DNA of 56,098 nt, the filler included, from Platydemus manokwari (Eukaryota), in NCBI GenBank assembly GCA_037951405.1. It is 5 parts of 5 records of this genome, joined end to end, with 100 filler letters (N's around TTAATTAATTAA, not from the genome) between each part and the next. Parts side by side here need not be neighbours in the genome. Positions count along the whole stretch, not along the records: positions 10,755 to 20,263 come from JBBMOY011239209.1; positions 20,364 to 33,502 come from JBBMOY011826945.1; 3 more parts are not named here. One strand, 5' to 3'. A program made the translations under genes and the position numbers. Below are positions 12,731 through 24,790 of this stretch, one piece after another (the first letter of the stretch is position 1; each line of letters opens with the position of its first letter). The notes beneath the pieces are model-generated. The model was not told the DNA's origin. It was given only the letters and a program-made list of their open reading frames with translations, and made no database searches.

Positions 12731-15435
12731 TTACTGGTAGCTATTTTTTAAAGGCTTCAAAAGATTTAAGCGCCAAAATGATATATTTTAATCCACAAAT
12801 ATTTAAACAAATAAAATAAACGTCTCCACGAGTATTCAGATATATGTAATCATACATATGTTGCTATAGGTTACACATCTAGTATGGTAACTCAATTTTT
12901 ATAAATTTACACTCTGCTTGATATTTAACAAAAATATGATTTGATGAAAATGATAATTTTACTAATTTGAGGTGATTCTTTATTTCGCTCATCAACTCAT
13001 TCGACAACACAATATCTCTCATGATAAAGTTTGTTACTGCAATATAGGACAAATGAGTTCTGTCCTGAAATTTAAGAAGGAATGTGAGCACAGGTAGGAA
13101 AATAAGAAGTAGATACGATAATATAGCTTATTTAATAATGATTTTAACACCTATGTACCTTACTACTTGTTGATAATGTCTTATATGGATCGACTATCTG
13201 CCATGACCAGTATATAAGAACTTCTAAGGCTAAATTCAACACCTGGTACAAAATTTCTGAAATTCCGGAACAAAATAAAAAGTGATATCAATAACCAGAG
13301 GTAGATTGATGGAGTTCAGAGGCGTTTATACGATTTTCATACATTGTTTCATAGAATATTATATTGAATTATTTTATTTTTATAAATAATCAATATTATC
13401 ATGAATTACTCAAGATTTTACCACGTCCAGCTCTTACAAAAGTATTTAAAATTTTCACAACATTTTAATACACAGAATGTTCACACTGAAAATAATTATC
13501 GTGCTAGGTAGTCAACATCATAAAAATTGTTCACAAAACATATTCTAAATCAGATCAGTTGGATTGATTTCCTTCAAAACAAATTTGTTGATTAAAATTA
13601 ATATTTGCGTCGAAGTTTAAATAATACCAGTTTCGATCAGAATAATTTTAAATCTAATGGATTTAAGATTCTATAAATATCAATACCAATATCAGAATCA
13701 ATATTTTTAAATTATTAACTATCTTCTTTAGTATTTATATAATCTCACTTTTTCAAATTAATCCTTTTATAATTCTGACAATGTCCAATAGAAATATATA
13801 GACTTAACGATTTAAAATCCATAATTAAATATCAATCGATATACATTTTTACTAATAATACATTACTTTCAAATTGATACTTCAAACTATATGAAAAAAT
13901 GTTTTCCCTGAGTAGGCTTATTTTATTTTATTATATTTATCATTAAAAATTTATTCCAATATCGATTATGGCGTCTTATTACAAGATATTTAATCATTAA
14001 TATATCGTTAATATGAAATAGAAATATCAGAAAATTTGCCACAACGATGTCAGGCAATTTCCAATTGTGTGATGTGCTCGTGGTTTCAAACATATTATTT
14101 CAAAAACGAGATATGTGATATGGAATGATGGATTATTTTCAGTTTTTATTATTGTTATTATCTTTTCATTCGATGGCTGAAAAAAAATAAAACGAAAATA
14201 ATTGTTTTGCTTTGTGTCAGGAGTTGTTGAAATATTTTTAGATTAGAAATAATATTTTTTTAAAAATCGATATATCTTTTAAATTGTAACGTGATTTATT
14301 TGGGTTTGCTAATTCGACCATCGACCATTTCCATCATGGATCTTTCTGCTTATCCTTATCACATAGGATCTGGATAACCAATGGTATATATGAATTCGAA
14401 CATACGACTACTTTTCCGATACCATTTCTTTACTCACTACTTGGCTGTTTGGGAGTGTCACATTTGGTTTTGGTTTTTAGGAAAACATATCAGGATATCT
14501 TTTAGCATTGAAGTGTCCTGTAAAAAAAATAACAATATTAATCTACTTAAGGCCTTGTTTTCTAAATTTATGCAAGCAATTTCATCAACTAATCAAAATC
14601 ATGATGCTATGAAAATTTTATTAATCCTATTGTATAATCACTCCATTATGCAAACACCGAAATTGACCAATATATGGTGCTAATCATATTGAATCATATT
14701 GTTCCCAGTTATTGGCATATCTAATAGTTCGCTCTTTTTTGTTGATATGCATCGATCGAAAGATGAAGTCCAATCACAGAGTTTTGATTTAGAAACTTCT
14801 GATTGGCTACCTGAATATATATATATGCATTACCTGGCCGTTTTTCAGGAGTTGTATCGTAATTTTGAGTTTTTTTTGACAGTCATCAACAAAATACTTA
14901 CGTTATTGTGTTATGTGACGATTTTCTTTGTTATCATGTACTCTTACTTATAATGTTTATTTTGATAACAATGCTGCTTTTCACTGTTTTCCACTGGAAT
15001 TATTCAACATTTATTAATTGATCTTTTATGAACATGTGTTGTGATTACAAATCATTATTTTCTAATTTTTCATAATAAAATTGTTTTGATCAATTAAATA
15101 TTAAACCATATCAATAAATAATCGACATTCATAATGATTCTTCTTTCTCTCACTGCAGGGATGAATGAAACCAGGCATTTTCGCGAGATAATAAATAAAT
15201 AATTCATTTTGTCAATGAAAATTGCAAGATTAAATTTATAAATAATTGTGGGCTTTGTTTAAATTTATCAATTGGTCGTATTGAATGCGGAAATTATAAT
15301 TTATTAGTTGATAAATAATTCAGCAGTGGTTCAGTTAGAGAATGATCTGTGGAAAATATTCATCGCTATTTTACTGGTGATGAGGACAGAGATACTGAAC
15401 CTTGATGACCTCTTCAAAAACAAGACATTACAAAA

Positions 15436-15726
15436 NNNNNNNNNNNNNNNNNNNNNNNNNNNNNNNNNNNNNNNNNNNNNNNNNNNNNNNNNNNNNNNNN
15501 NNNNNNNNNNNNNNNNNNNNNNNNNNNNNNNNNNNNNNNNNNNNNNNNNNNNNNNNNNNNNNNNNNNNNNNNNNNNNNNNNNNNNNNNNNNNNNNNNNNN
15601 NNNNNNNNNNNNNNNNNNNNNNNNNNNNNNNNNNNNNNNNNNNNNNNNNNNNNNNNNNNNNNNNNNNNNNNNNNNNNNNNNNNNNNNNNNNNNNNNNNNN
15701 NNNNNNNNNNNNNNNNNNNNNNNNNN
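15436..15726. other. Scaffold gap (291 N)
   Basis: Run of N without the stop-codon linker. Confidence 0.97.
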
Positions 15727-16504
15727 CATTATTTAACTAAATGGCGAATTCCAGTTCCCAATGGTCAGAAATGAATTATTTTATCATCTTTATAATCGAT
15801 ATTTGTCAGCCCATATTATGAGATCTAATAGATTCATAATTTGCCGCATATTCTCACTAACATTATCATGATGCTTCGCCATACAAAATATAATTGCGAC
15901 TAGAACAATAATGGAATATTATTTCTTTCAAATAATATCGGCAAATCATTAAATGATAGTTTAATTGGTGGGTTGCAGTGAGATTATTGGTTATTAATTT
16001 GATCATATTTTCCTATTCCTTGTCTTATTTTATTTGAAAATACAATTTAAATGGGCAAAGCCGTAAGCTCTCTTAGTGATTCTTAGTCCAAGTTCCTTGG
16101 ATTATATTACCAACTTGGTTTTAAGTCTAAATCTTTTGCAAATCCAATATTTCAAATCTTTTTAACACAGAATTGAAACTGTATCCAATTAGAGAAAATC
16201 AATTATGTGATTTTTTTTGTGATATATAAAATTATAGGAATCACAACAATGAAAATATAGCTCTAATTAATGCATCAATAGAACACAATTATTATTTTGT
16301 TAAAGCTAGTTTTATATCAATTGTTTATGCTACTTTACCCATAAAAGCGGTTCAACATGTGAAATTTCTTCGGAGTTTCCTTCTTTAATTAACCTCACAT
16401 TGTATAGAGATCACAAAACTCTACTAGTTTCGAGTGATATTTTAATCCAGCTTCATCTGACCGTGTAAAATATTTATAAATTAATAAATTCTCATAACTG
16501 TTAC

Positions 16505-16618
16505 CTTGTATCTAGGAAATGTTTCACAACATAGCGAAGCGAGTTGTTGCATGTCTTGTTTACGATCTGATGACGAATATCCTCCCCGCCGATATTGCTA
16601 CTCATAGAACAAAGCATC
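16505..16618 (-). CDS. Candidate isolated internal exon (114 nt) of an unidentified gene
   Basis: Acceptor AAATTACAG, donor AAG|GTAAC, length divisible by 3, one open frame MLCSMSSNIGGEDIRHQIVNKTCNNSLRYVVKHFLDT, and GC content above the flanks. Confidence 0.4.
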
Positions 16619-18141
16619 CTGTAATTTAAAATTTTATAAAATACATATTTGCCTAAGTTGTCTCAACTCTACTTGATGATTTTGTTGTAAAATTAACAAG
16701 TCGATTTTATTTTCTTCGTGCATCGATTAATCCTCACTTCTAATCGTTAGTTTTCATATTCAGCTAAAGCAACAAGAAATGTTTCTTTTTGTTTGTTTTT
16801 TTTTAATTTTTTTCTTTTTTTTAATGTGTTAATAAATTATCCTGAAATTCTTGATGTCAAGGAAAAAATGATCACGAGATATTTCAATAATGTTTAAAAG
16901 ATTTTAAACCACTGTATAATTGGCACAAAATCACTGAAAAATACACAATAAATGATGGCATATTTTGGGAATTATCTGTCATCCAAAAATAACCCAATCC
17001 AAAGTTTTGCTGAGTTTTATATCCGGTGAAACACAGAGTACGGAAAAAATCTATGAAATCGTTTTATTTCAATGATCCCAACGACATTGAATTAAATTGG
17101 ATGAAACCGTTTGGCTAACTAATATCGTTGAACAACGAAATATATTTTCTAAAAAATATCGATTATGATAATAATTTATCATTCTGAAAGCAGAATTTCC
17201 TGAATAAACGTCTGCGTAATTATCTTTCAATTTCTTGATGAATGAACATTGATGATGGTGAAAATTTGAAATTCGAAAATTGGCCAGCCTTGATGATGGA
17301 TTGTAATAATTATTTTGCATTTTCTTAATTGACTATTTCAATTCTTACATTACCAGAATTGCTACATGACCATTCATTAACAAATATTGCTGGAATATTT
17401 GTATTTTTTTGGGTTTATAATGAAGACATTCATCACACACACACACACTCTAAACAATATCACATCAGCTATGTTTGGCATTGCTATCGGCCAAGTGACT
17501 GAATTAAAATGAATTACAATGTAGAATTTATTGATGTTTACTTGAAGAAAGGCATTCGAAATAGGTATATCGTTGATTTAATCATTGCTGACACAAACAA
17601 TTTGACAGGTTAGCATTCTTTATACTAAATCGATAATTTGTATTAACTGTATTTTAAGATGAGATGAATTCTCAAATCAATTTATTCATTTTATAAGAAC
17701 AAATTTAAAATCCATTTCTTTAATATCTTTTCCAGAGAATAATCTTCATACAGATTTTTGACAATGATTGTGAAGTAGATACTGAACACAGTCTTCTTTC
17801 CATTCAGTGTTCTAAATAACGCCGAATAAACTGTGTTTATTAAATGTTCACCATTTAATTATCTGGTAATGAATGGTAAAAGATTTCTGTGATTAGATTT
17901 GGAAGAATCAAAAGAACACTTGCAAATATTCTAAATAATTATAAAATAAATAATTAAAGTATTTTATAAATAAATTATTATTTAAATTTATAAATATCTT
18001 ACTTAATGAGAAATTTTATCAATTTTTTTCAACTTATAGATTCAATGTTTGAATGACCTTGCATTTGTTTAACCGTATTAAAAAGACATTCTATTGTTAT
18101 TCATAAAATTGAAATTTAAAAGTTCAGAATTACTATCGAAA

Positions 18142-19129
18142 ATGGGTGAAACATTGACTCGATCTCCTGATTTTAATAAATTGAAATCAGAATTGATAAA
18201 TAATCCAGAGGGAATAGACTACTATAAAGATCCACATTTTCCGGCAACTTTCTCCATACTTTTCGATGATTCCAACACCGAATTCGACCAATCGGAAATC
18301 ATCTGGAGACGACCAGACGAGTTGAGTAAAGAGCCTTGCTTGCTATTGAATTTCGATCCAGAAATTCCCATTAAAGTTTACCAAGGTAAATTGACCCCGT
18401 ACTGGTTTCCGGTGATCATAAATCTATTGAAGGAAAATGACATGATTGATTTGGTGAGTAAAATAATTGAAAGAATGTACTTTCACGATTAAAAAAATAA
18501 CAGAAAATAATAATAAGAGTAAAGAAAAAAATGAAAGAAAAATAAATAAAAATAATTATAATAAAATGTAATTAATGAGCTAATTACTAATATTTTTATT
18601 TAATTTCATATCTGGCTTGAAATTACTTCATAGCTCGAAAGCACGTATAAATCTTATGCTTTACCAGTTTCGCTAAGGGGTTAATTTGAACCCACTTTTA
18701 CCGATTTTAATTCTCATATAAATGCAGGGGATTTAATTCCATTGCCTCTTTTTGTTTTATCAAACCATTTTATTTTATTATTCATAAAATTATCATCCCA
18801 GCTTACGAAAATCTTGAATAATTTTAAGCAACAAAATAGAAAACGAAACACAAATCAATGCAAATATAATATCAATATTATCTACGATTTTCTTAGGTAG
18901 TACCAAATCTTTTCAGTCAAAGTACATTCGATAAAGATGCCTCAATAATCACTCCTTCCAGCATGACTTACTGTGGAGCTTTCCAGTTTTGCTTCAGGCG
19001 TGGAGGTGTATTGGAAAATGTGATTGTAGATGATCGATTGCCGACAACGGAAAACTGTCATTTATTAACGACATTTACATCGAATCCAGATGAATTCCTT
19101 CCAGCATTAATTGAGAAGGCTTATGCCAA
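18142..19129 (+). CDS. Calpain-like protein (CysPc domain, catalytic Cys absent); 5' exons 18142-18453 and 18897-19129, 3'-partial
   Basis: Calpain hallmarks YKDPHFPA, IIWRRPDEL and QGKLTPYW (canonical QG.LGDCW). After the phase-0 intron (TTG|GTGAGT...TCTTAG): VVP, YCGAFQFCF, VIVDDRLPT, DEFLPALIEKAYA(K)|GTAAG. Confidence 0.85.
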
Positions 19130-20190
19130 GTAAGAGTAGTTGGAGTTTTTATTTTTAACTTGTGGACAGCTTTTCCAGTGTTTCACTTCATTATTAAAAA
19201 TATTTATTATTATTATTAAGATTATTATTAATTACTATTATTAATTTATTATATTATAAATATTTCCTAATATTTCTCAAAGGATTATTTTATATTCATA
19301 ATTGTGATTATCACGTGATACTAGATTAATATGAGAACAATTATATTATTGAATGTATACTCCTACGAGTTTAATAGCTCTTCTGGTTTTATTTTTATAA
19401 TCACTAGAGATTCCTGATTGTCAACGAAATTATGATCTTTCAGTATATGTTGATTAGGAGCAGATCTTGAATGATTCGCTACTTGGTTTTATTACTCCTC
19501 ATTTATGGAAGCATTTCCATAAACACTTGATATTAATATCTATAATTTGCACTTTAATATTGTTATTGCTCACTTTTGTGTCTCTCAAATACAATCGATA
19601 ATAAGCCGTAAAATCCGAACATATAACATTATTTATTGTTATAAATGAGAGGACATTTGTTCCATTTATTACCAGATCACAGTGGTTATGAATATTTTTC
19701 AGTGAACTCCTGTTAAAGTGGAATAATAATAAAATGCGATTTTTTCGTCTAGCTTTTCCATTGAATCCCAAGCATTCACTCGAAGCTGCTTCATCGAATC
19801 GATTAATTGATTTCCGATCGATCATTATATATCAATGTATTCAATATTAGACTTTAATATGACGCTGATCAATGCATTTAATTTCAAACAATAAAAATAT
19901 CGATTTATTTTGATATAAAATATATGATCGATAATTTTGAAAAAAACGGTTTAGAAATCTATAAAATAAACTTTTATATTTTAATGATTTCTTTTATAAA
20001 ATTGTAGATATTTCAAAATCGTGGTTTCAAAAGTAGATTTATGTTCTAAAAGCTAGTTTAATATTATCTATTATAATAAAATATGAACTGATAATCAATC
20101 AAGATCACAGCAAGCAAGTTCCACAAATATTTCTTTTGTATATCTGACACCTACACAGAAAACAATTGTATTAATGATAAGAATACTGAC

Positions 20191-20263
<73 letters not shown>
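20191..20263. repeat. (AAT)n microsatellite at contig end
   Basis: Perfect run abutting the spacer. Confidence 0.95.
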
Positions 20264-20363
20264 NNNNNNNNNNNNNNNNNNNNNNNNNNNNNNNNNNNNN
20301 NNNNNNNTTAATTAATTAANNNNNNNNNNNNNNNNNNNNNNNNNNNNNNNNNNNNNNNNNNNN
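20264..20363. other. Artificial contig spacer (44N-TTAATTAATTAA-44N)
   Basis: Same 100-nt linker. Confidence 0.97.
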
Positions 20364-23300
20364 TTCTTCTATTTAATTATATTTAAATCAATAATAATGA
20401 AATCCAACAGGTCTATAGAGAATTAATTGTTCTTCTCTAGAAAAATTCGATTTCAACTGCGATGAAATTCGATATTTCTATAAATGGCATGTTATAATTA
20501 ATCCATTAAATGAAAACACTTGCCAGTGATACAATGAAATAAACCATTTAAATTGATAACGAAATCGATGAAACACTTTTATTTTTGATTATGATGTATA
20601 TTGGAAGTTCAATTAATCAATAAACACTCCAAAAAAAGATTTCATATAGGAGAATTAAAGTGAATAAAATTGTATTTTTGGGATGAAAAACAAGTGGGTA
20701 ATAAACATCAAGAAAATAAGTGAAAAGTTTATGTAAGCCGAGAATTTCTCTTCAATCAATTCTTATACAATGATGTTAAAAATATTGATGTTAATATCGA
20801 ATGTAAATTCAAATACAGAATAACTAAATTCTAATTATAGTAAAGAAAGTTTTCTTTTAATTTTATGATAAACCTAATTTAAATAGTTTCTTGTCATTTA
20901 TAAAACAAACAAATGTTCCGGTAAATTCTAGAAGAATCACGTGAAAAGTTAAAGAGCTATCATTGATGCTATAATTATAGTTCGAGAACTGGCCAGGCAT
21001 CCAACATTGAGATATATTGTGTGGCCTTTTAATACGTAAGGGAGCCATTGCTTTCATGTTATATGTATATCGATGATAACATTGCTAGATGTTAAAAATA
21101 TAATTTGGTATCGTGCCTTTTCAGTTCTTTCTCAAGCGTGCTTTATAAAATAATAGCGTCTGGAATATAAATTAATATCATTTGGATGATTTTAAATTGT
21201 CGCTAGCACGATCAATATTAAACCGTAAGCTCGGAAAATTTTAATAATAAATTGTGATTTGCTTTGATTCAAAAAAAGAAACTACAAGATATAGAAGAAA
21301 CAACAGAATATCATCAATCTCACGTTTTGCTTTGATTATAACTGTTAATTCCTTTAAAATCTTTTAAATATTTTGATTATTTGGATTTCTATTATTATTA
21401 TCATTATTATTATTATCATTTTATTATTATAATAAATATTCTATGATAATAATTATTAATATAGATTATCTGATAGGAAAATAAAAACTCAATTTCAATT
21501 AGTGATGTGTGTTTGAAGTTCTATCCTAGGCTAATAAGTAGAAATGACCAGGGAAGCGGTCTTCATTACCTAATGGATCAAGTAAAGGTTTATTCAGCAA
21601 CCCATATAATTCTTACAATTCCAAAATAAATCATAACAGTAAAATCTGAACAACGAAATTAATACACATCAAAATCTTTAAAGCATGAGTGATCAGTTTA
21701 TCCGTATCAAATTTCTATCATGGAAGTTATCATTTATCACTTAACCGCTTTAATAATCCTTGGTTTTGCGGTACTATTTAGTTTTAATATCAGACTTAAG
21801 CTTTGCTATTGTAGAAATTAATTTCAATATCGATTTATTTATTATTCAAATTTCATCGCTTTCATACAGAAATCAATAAATTTCAATATTAATTTATTAT
21901 TCAATTTCGTTGCTTTATCAATGAAACCAATTTTCAATTTGCTGCTTCAATGTTTCAATTATCCTCGCTTACATGTGGTATCAAATATCAAATTTTTCTT
22001 TAATTCAAAGCGGTAATCAAAGGGCAAATTTATCTACTAATAAATTTTTCAAATTCGAGCTAATCAATAAAATTTTTGTGCCTATATCATGTCAAAAGAA
22101 TTTAAATTTATTAACGAATGCACAAAAATACTACCTATCAAAAATGAAGTATTGTCTTTTAGTACTATCGTGATTTTCTCAGTTATGTCCTTCAGGATCA
22201 AATATTAAATTATCGATTCTCAATTTATCAATTATGACGCTAATATCTGCTATGAAATCATTTATCAATTTAACTAAATGTTCTTCTCTCAGATCATCTA
22301 TATCATTTATCAATTTCTCAATAGGACACTTACCTGCGTAAATACCGATTTATCAATTTTAGCTCTATCTTAATTTATCAATTTTCTGATTCAAATTATC
22401 ACTATCGACATCGATTTTTTATTTCAAATTATCCGTGTTAATTTTTATTCAAATTTATCAGCTTATCAACTTTTCAATAATGCAGGTCTAAAATTTTAAT
22501 AGTTTTAAATTTTAGTTCTCAATTCGCAGATTTAAATTTTATCCTTAAACCTAATTCAGTTTGCAATTTCAGCGTTTTTTTCCAAAATTTTCCAATCGTA
22601 ATAATAATAAAACTCGTCTCTCTATAACTTTCAATTATTTTTAATCAAATTTTAATCCTCACTCCGATCTTTAGTTGTTAAATTAGAGCCTTTTAAATTT
22701 CTCTGTATCTAATATTAATTTCATCAACAGTTTATTGTATTCATTGTATTCTTAATCAGTTCGTTAAAGCCCTCGAGCGTAATATACTTTAATCTTAATG
22801 GTTTTTGCATTGTACTTCTTTATTATATGAAGATATTAAGGTTGGCAACAGTGATATTTTTCAATACCTCTAAACTTGCTTATTAATCTCAAAATCAGTC
22901 TCTAATTGCCTCTATTTAGTCGATTGAAACTTTAATATTTTGAGAATCGCTTAGTTTAGCCATTCAAAATACCAGCAACACAAAATATCAAAAATATGAG
23001 ATGAAGTGATTATCAAATCGAATGAGCACAATTAAAATGAATTCGGTACCAAATAACTAAATGAGACTACAGATGATACACCTACATATGAAACAGCTGA
23101 AGTCTGTTTAATACAAATACATCCGATACAAAGAGAGATTAAAATACAATTTTAAAAATTAAAATTCGGGGTTAAAACACTCGAAAAGATCACAATAGAC
23201 ATGAAATATGGGAGTATTTTATATAATATTATGATTGATGATAATATTTACTGATGCTGGTTTGAATTATTTCTGATTGTCGAATAATAAACTTCCAGAA

Positions 23301-23778
23301 TTAAACTGGGCATGAAACAATTCACAGCGTTGATGATTGACTTGTTTCAATGGCTTTAAGTGATTATTCTAGTGGGGTCTTTTCTGATTAAATGGCGATG
23401 TTATGATTTTGTGACTGTTTTTATACTATCAATTGGCGTGCAATTGTGGTGTTGGAGATTTTGCGTTATCAAAAGTATCTCATTTTATTTAAGAGGAATT
23501 ACTCTTAATTTTCTGATTCGCAGTGGATAAAGTGAATTTATTTAATTTGGGTTGGGAGAGGAAATTATTTATTTGTTGTTTATCGATAAAATAATTTCGA
23601 ATTTTTGGCAAAAAAATCGAAATACAATTTTTCATTACATCATTTTTCAATTATTTGACATCGGTAAAACAATACCTTTTCTAATCCCAATACAAACACG
23701 TATGGTTATCAGAATACACATTATCATAATCAAAATAATATAGTCACGTGAGATTCATTGTTATTGTCAAATGTCTGT

Positions 23779-23820
23779 TCATTGTAAACTCTTCATTGCA
23801 AACTCTTCATTGTAAACTCT
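23779..23820. repeat. 14-bp tandem repeat x3 (TCATTGYAAACTCT)
   Basis: TCATTGTAAACTCT / TCATTGCAAACTCT / TCATTGTAAACTCT. Confidence 0.9.
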
Positions 23821-24685
23821 GCCAGGGATCCCAACACATGATCTTTGACAACCTATTAAAATCTTGTTTAGTGACCTTCTGTGTATTTGATTAACTCATC
23901 GTCTGATGACATTTTGGATTCTACTGAGCATTTGCAATAGCTTTGACAAACTGCTGAATAACTTTACATGGTGAATCATAATGTTTAGTATTTTCTCTTC
24001 TATTTGACATATGGATTATTGTCCGATCAATTGATATCCGATATATAGATAAACACCGCATTTAAAAATTGACAAATCGAATAAACACAGCTGAACTTAT
24101 GTCCAATGAAAAATTGTCAAGTGTAAATGAAGTAAATATTAATATCCTATTTTGAAAGATCGTTTCGTACAGCTAATTGAATCTCAATTAGTTATTTTCA
24201 ACGAGTTAGTTAAGCAGTAATATAAAAAGTAGAGTTTATTAAACCTAAACACTAATGGAAATAAAATAAAATTATTTATCAAATAAAAACTTATAACATT
24301 TTTAAAATGTTTTATAAAATTTATTATCGAAATTTTGACATTGTAAGTAGTAAAACTTTCATAGGATTGCAATATGGAACTCAATCATTGACAATATACC
24401 AATTTGATAAATCGGATGAATTTAATTTAAATCTCTGCTGAGATAAATGCTTCATAATTCAAAATGCCATTTCAAAGAATATTTTTTTAATGTAGATTAT
24501 GAATTCGATCTAATCTTTCTGAAATATCGAGTATAAGTGATTTTGAAAATAGATTATACCTTTTAGATTTAAGCTGATATTTGTCAATTATTAATGGGCT
24601 ATATGATCAAAATCCAGGTTGGAATTATTAGAACTGGCTGAGCATCTTTAAAAATGTTCTAAATCTTTCATTAGATCCTTTAAGT

Positions 24686-24790
24686 CAGGGGTGGCCAACC
24701 GGTCGATCTTAAAGCCAATTTTTGTCTATTGCGTGAGATGTTATTCAAATGAAAAGTCGATCTTACGTACTCAAAAGTTGGCCACCTCTG
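24686..24790. mobile_element. 105-bp hAT (Buster/Charlie-type) MITE
   Basis: TIRs CAGGGGTGGCCAAC / GTTGGCCACCTCTG (1 mismatch in 14). Perfect 8-bp TSD CTTTAAGT at 24678-24685 and 24791-24798 with central TA (nnnTAnnn). Internal GTCGATCTT occurs twice. Confidence 0.9.

Noticed and set aside
15308-15740. ORFs running through X residues
   Set aside because: Artefacts of the N gap.
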